From: an uncultured Gammaproteobacteria bacterium
GTDB lineage: Bacteria; Pseudomonadota; Gammaproteobacteria; Steroidobacterales; Steroidobacteraceae
Direction of reading: 5' to 3'
DNA length: 64,000 bases
NCBI GenBank assembly: GCA_963746325.1
Contig: CAVVBC010000010.1
Location: 5,493-69,492 of the forward strand
Shown here: piece after piece, positions 34,467 through 43,445 of the stretch
Position numbering within the stretch: the stretch's first letter is position 1
Layout of the letters: each line of letters begins with the position of its first letter
Program-made: the position numbers and the translations under genes
The notes under the pieces: model-generated
The model's input: only the letters and a program-made list of their open reading frames with translations
Told to the model about the DNA's origin: nothing
The model's database searches: none

Positions 34467-34503
34467 AAGGGGCGGGGACGCAAGTCTCCGCCCCTTTTCA
34501 TTT
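34467..34503 (+). terminator. intrinsic terminator after the TPR gene
   Basis: AAGGGGCGGGGA-cgcaag-TCTCCGCCCCTT followed by TTCATTT. Confidence 0.75.
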
Positions 34504-34513
34504 GCGTCTCCTG

Positions 34514-34588
34514 CAGCGGCTCACTCCAATCGCGCAGTCATGGCAGATCACGGCAGCGGCTCACCCCAATGGCTTGTCCGGCGCTTGG
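34514..34588 (+). repeat. two partial tandem copies of the left arm of hairpin D
   Basis: cagcggctcactccaat (34514-34530) and cagcggctcaccccaatggcttgtccggcgcttgg (34554-34588) match 34608-34642. Confidence 0.75.
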
Positions 34589-34611
34589 GTATTTGCAGCA
34601 GTCCTGACAGC

Positions 34612-34683
34612 GGCTCACTCCAGTGGCTTGTCCGGCGCTTGGAAAGGCAGACACGCGCGCCGGACAAGCCATTGGAGTGAGCC
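34612..34683 (+). repeat. conserved-loop hairpin element, copy D
   Basis: Arms 34612-34636 / 34659-34683 pair at 25 bp with 1 mismatch. Loop 34637-34658 is GCTTGGAAAGGCAGACACGCGC. Confidence 0.9.
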
Positions 34684-34821
34684 ACTGCCTGAGGGTGCCG
34701 TTGCAGCTTCCAGATGCCGCACCGCGTGGGCAATGGCGCCGATCCTTGGCACGCGTGAAGTTGGGCTGCGGTCAGGGCGGGTCGTTCGGTGGCGCGCGTG
34801 ACGCCGGGCTGCAATCAAGGC

Positions 34822-34893
34822 GGGGCGTTCCGCCGATTCCCCCGTAGCGCGTGTCTGCCTTTCCAAGCGGAGGGGGAATCGGCGGAATGCCCC
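34822..34893 (-). repeat. conserved-loop hairpin element, copy E
   Basis: Arms 34822-34843 / 34872-34893 pair at 22 bp with 1 mismatch. Loop is gtaGCGCGTGTCTGCCTTTCCAAGCgga. Confidence 0.9.
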
Positions 34894-34963
34894 GCAGCAC
34901 CCGCCCGCAGCACCCGCCACTGCACACGCCCGCAGCCCAAGCCCCGCGCCAATGACCCCGCCC

Positions 34964-35001
34964 AAGAAAAAGGCCCCGCAGGACGCGCCCGCGAGGCCTT
35001 T
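34964..35001 (-). terminator. probable intrinsic terminator after the minus-strand TPR gene
   Basis: The minus strand reads AAAGGCCTCGC-loop-GCGGGGCCTTT followed by TTCTT. Confidence 0.55.
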
Positions 35002-35038
35002 CTGATCCAGCAGAGTCGCCGGACTGGGACGGACGGGC

Positions 35039-36329
35039 TCAGCCGCCCGTGGCAGGCGCAGCCGCTGCCGCCGGAGTCGCCGCCGTGTCGAGCTTCAGCT
35101 TCCACAACCGGGCGACGTCGGTGAGGCCCGGCGCCTTGACGGCGTCGAACGACAGCGCGTGCTTCGGTCAGCTTGCCCAGGCGCGAGTTGGCGATGCCCG
35201 CGATCATGTTCGCGTCATCGATGTCGACGACGCCGCCCTTGGCGATGCCCTTCTGGATTGCGTCGACGGCGTTGGCAAAATCGCCTGCGCTGAAATAGAG
35301 CTTGCCGATGGCCACCATCTGGTTGCCGGTCTTGGCTGCCGCGAGTTGCGCCGCCGCCGTGCTCACTTCCTTGGCGTCCGCCGCGGCGCCCGCACGTGCG
35401 CGCTCGAGCTCGGCCTGGGCACGCGACTTCGACTCGCCCTGGAAGACGTTGGCCGACATGCCGCGCTCCAGGATCGTCTTGGCCTCGTTCGGGAAGCCGC
35501 CGGTGACCAGCGTGCCGCCCATCTCGGCGTATTCCTCGCCCTTGTCGAGCGTCTGGGTGTCGTTCATCAGGCGGTACAGGGAGCGCAGGGCGCGTTCGTC
35601 CTTGGTGCGGTAAAGCTGCGCGTTCAGCAGGTCTTCCCAGTACTTCGGCGCGGGGTAATAGCGCACCAGGCCCTCGAGCGACCGCATGATGCCCGGTTCG
35701 TCCTTCAGTTCGTAATTCGCGCGCAGGGCGAGGAGCAGCGCGGGCTCCGAGGGCTTCGCGCTCGAGGCCACGAGCTGCTCAGCCGCCACCTTGGCGCCGG
35801 CGAAGTCGTCGGACAGGTAGCGTGCCTGGGCCAGGCTCAACGCAATCTCGGCGTCGCCGGGATTGAGCTTCATGTATTCGGTGCCGCTCGTGATGGCCTT
35901 CGCGTATTCCTTGTTCTGCAGGTTCATCTGCGTCAATGCGCGCAGGCGCTGGGCCTTGTCGGCTTCGGGCACCATGCCCGATGCGAGCGAGCGCTCGAGG
36001 ATCTCGGCGGACTTCACGTAGTCCTTCTTCTGCAGGTAGATGTACCAGCCGAGTTCATCGACCATGAACGCGTCATAGGGGGTCTTCGGCTCGACTGCCT
36101 GTGCGACCTGGATCTGCACCAGGGCCTCGTCCCAGTTCTTGGCCGTCATCGCGTTCTGCGCTGCCACCAGCGGCTTCTGCACGGCCGGACTCAGCTTCTG
36201 TTTCGGCGCAGCCTTTTCCTTCTCGGCTGCGACGGCAACCGACACGGGCAGCAAGGTGCCGCCGACGACGCCGGTCAGACCGGCCGCGGCAAGGGCAGCC
36301 ATCAACACGATGTTCGCTTTTTTCATCAT
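35039..36329 (-). pseudogene. secreted tetratricopeptide-repeat protein (paralogue of 33214-34421), one frameshift as given
   Basis: MMKKANIVLMAALAAAGLTGVVGG...LYFSAGDFANAVDAIQKGIAKGG. The C-terminus ALSFDAVKAPGLTDVARLWKLKLD...* is in another frame, with the shift near 35160. Confidence 0.75.
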
Positions 36330-36417
36330 CAGCCTCTCGGGCAACAGGGTCCTGGTGGCGCGCATTGTACCGCCACCCGCGCCCTTCGTGGATTGGAGGC
36401 CGGCCAGCCGCTGGAGT

Positions 36418-37080
36418 TCAGTTGGCCGGCCCGGCGGCGGTCGCCGCCGACAGCCCGGACAGGTAGTGGCCGACGGTTTCCAGGGTGACGACCTCGGCGT
36501 ACTTGGCTTGCAGGTCGAACAGGTTGGCTGCGTGCGGGGCGGGGTGGCGGTCGCCGACAGCCTCGCGGACCACCCACGGAATGAAGCCGTGCTGGCAGGC
36601 ATCGAGCGCCGTGGCGCGGATGCAGCCGCTGGTGCTGACGCCCGCTATCAGCAGGGTGTCGACGCCCAGTGCGGTGAGCGTGGGCGCGAGCGTCGTACCG
36701 AAGAATGCGCTGGCGTACTGCTTGGTGATCACGGTTTCGCCGGCGGCGGGCTCGAGCGCCGGGTCGAAGCGAGCGAGCGCCGGGTCGGCCCCGTCGGCGA
36801 AGCAGGCGAGCGCTGGCAGTTTGCGGAAGAAGACCCCACCGTCGCGACCGCCGGCCTGGAAGCGCACGTTGGTGTGCAGGACGGGAATGCGCGCCGCCCG
36901 GGCCATCTGCAGCAATTGCGCCGCGGAATCGCGGGTCGACTCGACCCCGGCATAGAGTGGCGAACCCGGCTGCAGGTAGGCCATGACGAAATCCACGATG
37001 ATCAGCGCCGGCCGGCGCCCGGGCTCGAGTGCGCGGCCGAAGCCGCCACCCGCGTAGTTGTCCTCGAGGCTCGTCGTCAT
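36418..37080 (-). CDS. isochorismatase-family cysteine hydrolase (N-carbamoylsarcosine-amidase-like)
   Basis: 220 aa with ALIIVDF, TKQYASAFFGT and IAGVSTSGCIRAT (Asp-Lys-Cys triad context). Confidence 0.8.
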   Translation of the reverse strand: MTTSLEDNYAGGGFGRALEPGRRPALIIVDFVMAYLQPGSPLYAGVESTRDSAAQLLQMARAARIPVLHTNVRFQAGGRDGGVFFRKLPALACFADGADPALARFDPALEPAAGETVITKQYASAFFGTTLAPTLTALGVDTLLIAGVSTSGCIRATALDACQHGFIPWVVREAVGDRHPAPHAANLFDLQAKYAEVVTLETVGHYLSGLSAATAAGPAN

Positions 37081-37086
37081 GACGCG

Positions 37087-38289
37087 TCAGATGACCTTGC
37101 GCGATTTGAGTTCGGCATAGCGCTGGGCGGCCAGGCCGAGCACCTTCAGGAATATCTCGTCATTATGCTGGCCCAGGTCCGGGCTGGGCGAGTGCACGCC
37201 GCCGGGAGTCTCCGACAGCTTGGGCGCCACGTTCTGCATCCGCAGGTCGCCGAAATCAGGGTGCGGCACGGTCACGATGGCCTCGCGCGCCTTGAAGTGC
37301 GGATCCTCGAGCATTTCGGGCGCGCGATAGATGAGGCCGGCCGGCACGCCGTGCTGGTCCATGTGGTCGAGCACTTCGCGCGTGGTGAGCGACTGGGTCC
37401 AGCGTTCGACCATGGCGTCCAGTTCCTGCTGGTTCGCGCCGCGCGCGCCGTGCGTGGCGTAGCGCGGATCGGTGGCCAGGCCCGGCTGGCCCATGGCCTC
37501 GGTCAGGCGACCGAAGACGGTGTCCTGGTTGGCGGCGATCAGCACCAGGCCATCACTGGTCTTGTAGACGTTCGACGGCGCCACGTTCGGCAGGATCGCG
37601 CCCGTGCGCTCGCGGATGAAGCCCGCCTTGTCGTATTCGGTGACCAGCGATTCCATCATGTTGAGCACGGCTTCGTAGATCGCCGAGTCGACCACCTGTC
37701 CGCGCCCGGTCTTGTGCCGGTGGTGCAGGGCGGTGAGCGCGCCGATGCAGGCGAACGTCGCGGCCAGCGAATCGCCGATCGAGATTCCCATGCGGGACGG
37801 CGGCGTGGACGGATCGCCGACCACGTAGCGCAGGCCACCCATCGCTTCGCCGATCGCGCCGAAGCCCGCCTGGCGCGAATAAGGCCCGGTCTGGCCGAAC
37901 CCGGAAACGCGGATCATGATCAGCCGGGGATTGATGGCCGACAGTTCGGCCCAGCCGAGACCCCACTTTTCCATCGTGCCGGGGCGGAAGTTTTCGAGCA
38001 GGAAATCGGATTCGGCGACCAGCGACTTGAGCAGGTCCTGGCCCTCGGGCTGGCGCAGGTCGAGCGTGATCGCCTTCTTGTTGCGCGCCACGACCGGCCA
38101 CCACAGCGACTTGCCATTGGCCTTCTCGCGTCCCCACACCCGCATCGGGTCGCCCTGGCCCGGCGGCTCGATCTTGATGACCTCGGCGCCGAAGTCGCCG
38201 AGCAGCTGGCCGCAGAATGGCCCGGCGAGCAGCGTGCCGAGTTCGATGACGCGCAACCCGGCGAGCGGGCCCGATGCGGGACGTGTCAT
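37087..38289 (-). CDS. family III (CaiB/BaiF) CoA-transferase
   Basis: 400 aa with LAGLRVIELGTLLAGPFCGQLLGDFGAEVIKIE and ENFRPGTMEKWGLG. Confidence 0.85.
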   Translation of the reverse strand: MTRPASGPLAGLRVIELGTLLAGPFCGQLLGDFGAEVIKIEPPGQGDPMRVWGREKANGKSLWWPVVARNKKAITLDLRQPEGQDLLKSLVAESDFLLENFRPGTMEKWGLGWAELSAINPRLIMIRVSGFGQTGPYSRQAGFGAIGEAMGGLRYVVGDPSTPPSRMGISIGDSLAATFACIGALTALHHRHKTGRGQVVDSAIYEAVLNMMESLVTEYDKAGFIRERTGAILPNVAPSNVYKTSDGLVLIAANQDTVFGRLTEAMGQPGLATDPRYATHGARGANQQELDAMVERWTQSLTTREVLDHMDQHGVPAGLIYRAPEMLEDPHFKAREAIVTVPHPDFGDLRMQNVAPKLSETPGGVHSPSPDLGQHNDEIFLKVLGLAAQRYAELKSRKVI

Positions 38290-38348
38290 TGCATCACCTT
38301 GTGTTCATGGGGGATGGTTCTTAACCTTGGCCGTGCAGTCCCCGGTCA

Positions 38349-38369
38349 AATGTTATATTAATATACATT
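38349..38369. promoter_or_regulatory. AT-only palindrome in the divergent promoter region (candidate operator)
   Basis: The perfect palindrome TATATTAATATA (38354-38365) is flanked by AATGT/ACATT. It sits in the 110-nt gap between the divergent CoA-transferase and HMGL-like genes. Confidence 0.35.
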
Positions 38370-38399
38370 AGCCAGGTTTCCCCTGCGACCGGAAGACCC

Positions 38400-39317
38400 A
38401 TGAGCGCTCATGTCGACGTCGTCGAAGTCGGTCCACGCGATGGCTTGCAGAGCGAGCCCCAGGCCGTCCCGACCACGGCCAAGATCGAGTTCATTCAGCG
38501 CGCGCTGGCCGCGGGCATCCGTCGTGTCGAAGTCACCAGTTTCGTGAACCCGAAGAAAGTGCCGCAGATGGCGGACGCCGAAGAAGTGCTGCGCGCCCTG
38601 GGGCCGCCGCCGGGCGGAGTTCATTTCATCGGCCTGGTGCTGAACCGCAAGGGGTTCGAACGCGCGGTGGCCGCCGGCTGCAACGAGATCGGCATGGCGG
38701 TGGTGGCCAGCGACACGTTCAACCGGCGCAACCAGGGCGTCTCGACCGCGGAATCGATTGCCGCCTGGCTCGATATCGCGCGCGAGGCCGAGCGTGCCGG
38801 CGTGCGGGCACAGGTCACGGTGTCGGCGGCCTTCGGCTGCCCGTTCGAAGGCGAGATCGCGGTGGACCGTGTCGTCGAAGTCGCGCAGCGTGTCGCAGAA
38901 GCGCGGCCGTTCGAAATCGCGCTGGCGGACACCATCGGCGTCGGCGTGCCGACGCAGGTCGGCGAACTCGTCGCGCGCGTGCGCGAGGCCGTGCCGGGCA
39001 TCCCGCTGCGCTGCCATTTCCACAACACCCGCAACACGGGCTTCGCCAACGTCTACGCCGCGCTGCAGGCGGGCGTGCGCACGTTCGACGCCAGCCTGGG
39101 CGGCATCGGCGGTTGCCCGTTCGCGCCAGCCGCGACCGGCAACATCGCCACCGAAGACCTGCTCTATCTCCTGCATCGCGCCGGTTACTCGACGGGTATA
39201 TCGCTCGACGCGGCGATCGAGACGGCCAAGTGGCTGCAGGAACAACTCGGGCGCACCGTGCCCGGCATGCTGGCCAAGGCCGGCGGATTTCCGCGGCCGA
39301 CGCTGGCGTCGGCCTGA
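38400..39317 (+). CDS. hydroxymethylglutaryl-CoA lyase family protein
   Basis: 305 aa with VEVGPRDGLQSE, EVTSFVNPKKVPQM, HFHNTRNTG and GGCPFAP. Confidence 0.85.
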   Translation: MSAHVDVVEVGPRDGLQSEPQAVPTTAKIEFIQRALAAGIRRVEVTSFVNPKKVPQMADAEEVLRALGPPPGGVHFIGLVLNRKGFERAVAAGCNEIGMAVVASDTFNRRNQGVSTAESIAAWLDIAREAERAGVRAQVTVSAAFGCPFEGEIAVDRVVEVAQRVAEARPFEIALADTIGVGVPTQVGELVARVREAVPGIPLRCHFHNTRNTGFANVYAALQAGVRTFDASLGGIGGCPFAPAATGNIATEDLLYLLHRAGYSTGISLDAAIETAKWLQEQLGRTVPGMLAKAGGFPRPTLASA

Positions 39318-39344
39318 CGATTACGAACTCTACAGGGTGACAGC

Positions 39345-41495
39345 ATGACTTACCGACTGGGCGTCGACGTGGGCGGGACTTTCACCGACCTGTTGCTGGT
39401 GAACGAGAAGACAGGGCAGACGTGGAAAGCCAAGGTTTCCTCCACCCCGCACGACCAGTCGGAGGGCGTGCTGCGCGGCATCGAGCGCGTTTGTGGACTG
39501 GCGCAGGTATCGGCGGAAGATATCGACCACGTCATGCACGGCACGACAGTCGCGACCAACACGGTGCTGACCGGTACCGGCGCCCGTGTCGGCCTGGTCA
39601 CGACCAAAGGCTACCGCCAGGTGCTGCAGATCGCGCGCAGTTTCGTGCCGGGCGGTCTCGGCGGCTGGGTGATCTACAACAAGTCGCTGCCGATGGCGCC
39701 GCTCGCCCTCACCATCGAAGCCGACGAGCGCGTCGGCTCCAAAGGCGACGTGGTCACCACGCTCGACGAGACGAAGCTGCGCGGCGACCTGCTGGCGCTC
39801 GGCGCGAAGAACATCGAGGCGCTCACGGTCTCGCTGATCAATGCGTTCGCCAACGACCGGCACGAGCGCCGCATCAAGGAGATTGCGCAGGAAGTGCTGC
39901 CGGGCATCCCGGTCTCGCTCTCGTCCGAAGTCGTGCCGGAGATGCAGGAGTACGAGCGCACGGTGACCACCGTCGCCAACTCATACGTCCGGCCCCGCGT
40001 GCAGAAGTACGTCAAGAACCTGCAGACCAAGCTCGAAGCCAAGGCGAAGCGCGTCAAGCTGCACATCCTGCGTTCGGACGGCGGCCTCGCTTCGGCGAAG
40101 TCGGCCGAGGATTTCCCCGTCAACCTGCTGATGTCCGGTCCTGCCGGCGGCGTGACCGGCGCCCTCTGGGGCGCAGTGCAGGCGGGCTTCCCGAACCTGC
40201 TCACGGTGGACGTGGGTGGCACGTCGACGGACGTCGCGCTGATCATGAACGGCCAGCCGCGCCTGCGGCGTGAAACCACGGTGGGCGACGTCACGGTGCG
40301 CGCCTCCTCGGTCGACATCCGCACGGTCGGCGCCGGCGGCGGCTCGATCGCGCACGTGCCGGAGCTCACCGGCGCGCTGCGCGTGGGCCCGCAGTCGGCG
40401 GGCGCCGATCCGGGTCCTGCGGCCTACGGCCGGGGCGGCACGGAACCCACGGTGACCGACGCCAACGTCGTGCTCGGTTACCTGCCCGAGATGCAGAAGC
40501 TCGGCGGCGACATGGTGCTCGATCGCAAGCTGGCGCAGCAGTCCGTCGAAAAAGTCGGCAAGGCGCTCGGCAAGACGCCGAAGGATGCCGCGCTCGGCAT
40601 CTACAACATCGTCAATGAGAACATGGTGGGCGCGCTGCGGCTCGTCTCGGTCGAGCAGGGTCACGACCCGCGTGATTACGCGCTGATCGCTTTCGGCGGC
40701 GCCGGTCCGCTGCATGCCAACGCGCTGTCGATCCTGCTCGGCTCGTGGCCGTCGATCATTCCGCCGGGCCCGGGCGTGCTGTGCGCCTTGGGTGACGCCA
40801 CGACGGCAGTCCGCGACGAGTCCTCGCGCACCTACATCCGCAAGTTCTCCGAGACGTCGAAGGACGACATCCTCAAGCAGCTGAAGGCGCTGGCGGCCGA
40901 TGCGGCCAAGGCGCTCGCTGGCGAGAAGGTTGCAGCCAAGGACATGGCGTTCGGTTACCAGGTGGACGTTCGCTACCACGGCCAGGGCCTGCGCCTCACC
41001 GTCGACGTCGACCTGAAGCGTCTCGCGCAAGACGGCCTGGCGGCGATCTCCGGGCCCTTCGATGCAGAACACACCCGCCTGTTCACGTTTGCACTGCCGC
41101 TCGAGCACGAGTTCGTGGCCTTGCGCGCGGTGGTGCAGGGCAAGGGCATCAACGTCAAGCGCCAGGTCATTGCCCGCGGCGGCGCCTCGCCCGTGGCGGC
41201 AGCCGTCGGCAAGCAGAAGGCCTACATGGTCGGCAAGGACTGCGTGGCGACGGTGTACGACCGCGCCAGGCTCAAGGCCGGCAACCGCATCGCCGGTCCC
41301 GCGATCGTGATGGAGATGGACTCCACGTCCGTGATCCTGCCCCGCCACCACGGCCGGGTGGATGCCCACGGCAACATCCTGATCTACCCCGACGATTACC
41401 AGGCGCCCCGGGCGAAGGCGGGCGCAGCAAAGCCGAAGGCGGCTCCCGCGAAGGTCAAGCGCGCGGTCAAGAAGACCGTCCGCAAGGCCAAGTAA
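39345..41495 (+). CDS. hydantoinase/oxoprolinase family protein, A subunit, with Lys/Ala-rich C-terminal tail
   Basis: 716 aa with YRLGVDVGGTFTDL and DVGGTSTDV. The tail is PRAKAGAAKPKAAPAKVKRAVKKTVRKAK. Confidence 0.9.
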   Translation: MTYRLGVDVGGTFTDLLLVNEKTGQTWKAKVSSTPHDQSEGVLRGIERVCGLAQVSAEDIDHVMHGTTVATNTVLTGTGARVGLVTTKGYRQVLQIARSFVPGGLGGWVIYNKSLPMAPLALTIEADERVGSKGDVVTTLDETKLRGDLLALGAKNIEALTVSLINAFANDRHERRIKEIAQEVLPGIPVSLSSEVVPEMQEYERTVTTVANSYVRPRVQKYVKNLQTKLEAKAKRVKLHILRSDGGLASAKSAEDFPVNLLMSGPAGGVTGALWGAVQAGFPNLLTVDVGGTSTDVALIMNGQPRLRRETTVGDVTVRASSVDIRTVGAGGGSIAHVPELTGALRVGPQSAGADPGPAAYGRGGTEPTVTDANVVLGYLPEMQKLGGDMVLDRKLAQQSVEKVGKALGKTPKDAALGIYNIVNENMVGALRLVSVEQGHDPRDYALIAFGGAGPLHANALSILLGSWPSIIPPGPGVLCALGDATTAVRDESSRTYIRKFSETSKDDILKQLKALAADAAKALAGEKVAAKDMAFGYQVDVRYHGQGLRLTVDVDLKRLAQDGLAAISGPFDAEHTRLFTFALPLEHEFVALRAVVQGKGINVKRQVIARGGASPVAAAVGKQKAYMVGKDCVATVYDRARLKAGNRIAGPAIVMEMDSTSVILPRHHGRVDAHGNILIYPDDYQAPRAKAGAAKPKAAPAKVKRAVKKTVRKAK

Positions 41496-41530
41496 CCGCC
41501 CACCGCCCCACGCATTCCGGAGATACGCAC

Positions 41531-43444
41531 ATGCCCGCCAAGATCATCCAGCGCAACAAGAAGCCGATGAAGAAGGTGAAGGTCGATTCAGTCACCATCG
41601 ACATCATCGAGAGCGCACTGCGCAATGCCCGCTACGAAATGGACACCGTGCTGTTCCGCACGGCCATGTCGCCCGGCATCCGCGAGCAGCACGACGAGTT
41701 CCCCATGATCGCGAACCTCGACGGCAAGATGGTCGTCGGCCAGTTCGGCTCGTTCATCTGGGGGTTCATGCAGGGGTACGACGGCACGGTCGAGGAGGGC
41801 GACGTCTTCCTCACCAACGACCCGTACTCGGTCAATGGAGCGATCAGCCACCAGAACGACTGGCTCATGCTGATGCCGGTGTTCAAGGACGGCCGCGTGA
41901 TCGCCTGGTCGGCGATGTTCGGTCACATGACCGACGTCGGCGGCAAGGTGCCGGGCTCACTGCCGACCGATGCCCGCACGATCTATGAAGAAGGCGTGTC
42001 GGTGCCGCCGATCAAGATCATCAAGGGCGGCCAGCTGCAGGACGACCTGCTCAAGGTCATCCTGCACAACTGCCGGCTGCCCACCTGGAATTTCTCCGAC
42101 TTCAACGCCATCGTCGCGGCGCTGCGCACCGCGGCCATCCGCTGCGTCGAGATCTCGACCCGCTTCGGCGACGACGTGTTCTATTCGGCGATGGACGCCA
42201 TGCTCGAGCGCAACAAGCGCGCGATGCGCCAGCTCATCCGCCAGACCGTGCCGGAGAAGAAGCAGTACTTCGAGGACTACATCTGCGACGACGGCCTCAA
42301 CATGGGCCCGTACAAGATCGCCTGCACGATGTGGCGCGAAGGGGACAAGTGCATCTTCGACTTCACGGGCACCGACCCGCAGTCGATCTCCTCGATCAAC
42401 TTCCTGTTGAACGAAGAGATGTTCAAGATGTTCGCGGGCGTTTACATGATCATGGTGTTCGACCCGCAGATCCTCTTCAACGACGGCTTCTACGACCTCA
42501 TGGAAGTGCGCATTCCGCCGGGCACGCTGCTGAAGCCGCTGAAGCCTGCCGCGCTGTCGTGCCGCACGCACGCGCTCGGCCGCATCTTCGACATCCTGGG
42601 CGGCCTGCTGGGCCAGGGCAATCCTGCCTTCATGTGCGCGGCCGGCTTTTCCGACAGCCCGCATTTCATGTACTCGGGGTACAAGAAGAACGGCGAGTGG
42701 TACCAGCTGTACCAGATCACGTTCGGCGGCATCCCGGGCAAGCCGTTCGGCGACGGCCCCGACGGCCATTCGCTGTGGCCCTCGTTCACCAACGTGCCGA
42801 ACGAGTTCCTCGAAAGCTATTTCCCGCTGCGCATCGACATCTACGAGACGATCCCGGACACCGGCGGTGCCGGCAAGAACCGCGGCGGCAATGGCCTGCG
42901 CATCGGCTATCGCTTCCTCGAGCAGGGCGAGATCTCGATCCACGACGATCGCTGGCTCACGTACCCGTGGGGCGTCAACGGCGGCCTGCCCGGCGCGCGC
43001 AGCAAGAAGACGCTGGTGCGCACGGATGGCACCGAGGAACTGCTGCCGTCCAAGATCGACCGCGTCAAGGTCAACGAGGGCGACCTGCTGCTGTCCGATA
43101 CCTGGGGTGGCGGCGGTTGCGGTGACCCGTTCGAGCGCGAAGTGGAAAAAGTGGTGTTCGACGTCCAGGCCGGACTCGTCACGGCCCAGGGCGCGCGCAA
43201 CTATGGCGTCGTGATCAACACAGACCTCACGGCCGACGTGGCCGCCACGGAAAAGCTGCGCGCGAAGCTGCGCGCCGAGCGCGGGCCGGTGGCACTGTTC
43301 GATCGCGGGTTTACCTCGATCGAGTCGCTGAAAGAGCGCTGCAAGGCCGAGACCGGTCACGAGCCGCCGCGGCAGCCGCGCTTTTCCGAACGGGTGCTCA
43401 AGTCAGCCACGGCAGCGACCAGGAAGAAGTCGAAGGTGGCCTGA
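41531..43444 (+). CDS. hydantoinase B/oxoprolinase family protein
   Basis: 637 aa with DSVTIDIIESALRNARYEMD, NDPY and GGAGKNRGGNG. Confidence 0.9.
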   Translation: MPAKIIQRNKKPMKKVKVDSVTIDIIESALRNARYEMDTVLFRTAMSPGIREQHDEFPMIANLDGKMVVGQFGSFIWGFMQGYDGTVEEGDVFLTNDPYSVNGAISHQNDWLMLMPVFKDGRVIAWSAMFGHMTDVGGKVPGSLPTDARTIYEEGVSVPPIKIIKGGQLQDDLLKVILHNCRLPTWNFSDFNAIVAALRTAAIRCVEISTRFGDDVFYSAMDAMLERNKRAMRQLIRQTVPEKKQYFEDYICDDGLNMGPYKIACTMWREGDKCIFDFTGTDPQSISSINFLLNEEMFKMFAGVYMIMVFDPQILFNDGFYDLMEVRIPPGTLLKPLKPAALSCRTHALGRIFDILGGLLGQGNPAFMCAAGFSDSPHFMYSGYKKNGEWYQLYQITFGGIPGKPFGDGPDGHSLWPSFTNVPNEFLESYFPLRIDIYETIPDTGGAGKNRGGNGLRIGYRFLEQGEISIHDDRWLTYPWGVNGGLPGARSKKTLVRTDGTEELLPSKIDRVKVNEGDLLLSDTWGGGGCGDPFEREVEKVVFDVQAGLVTAQGARNYGVVINTDLTADVAATEKLRAKLRAERGPVALFDRGFTSIESLKERCKAETGHEPPRQPRFSERVLKSATAATRKKSKVA

Positions 43445-43445
43445 G

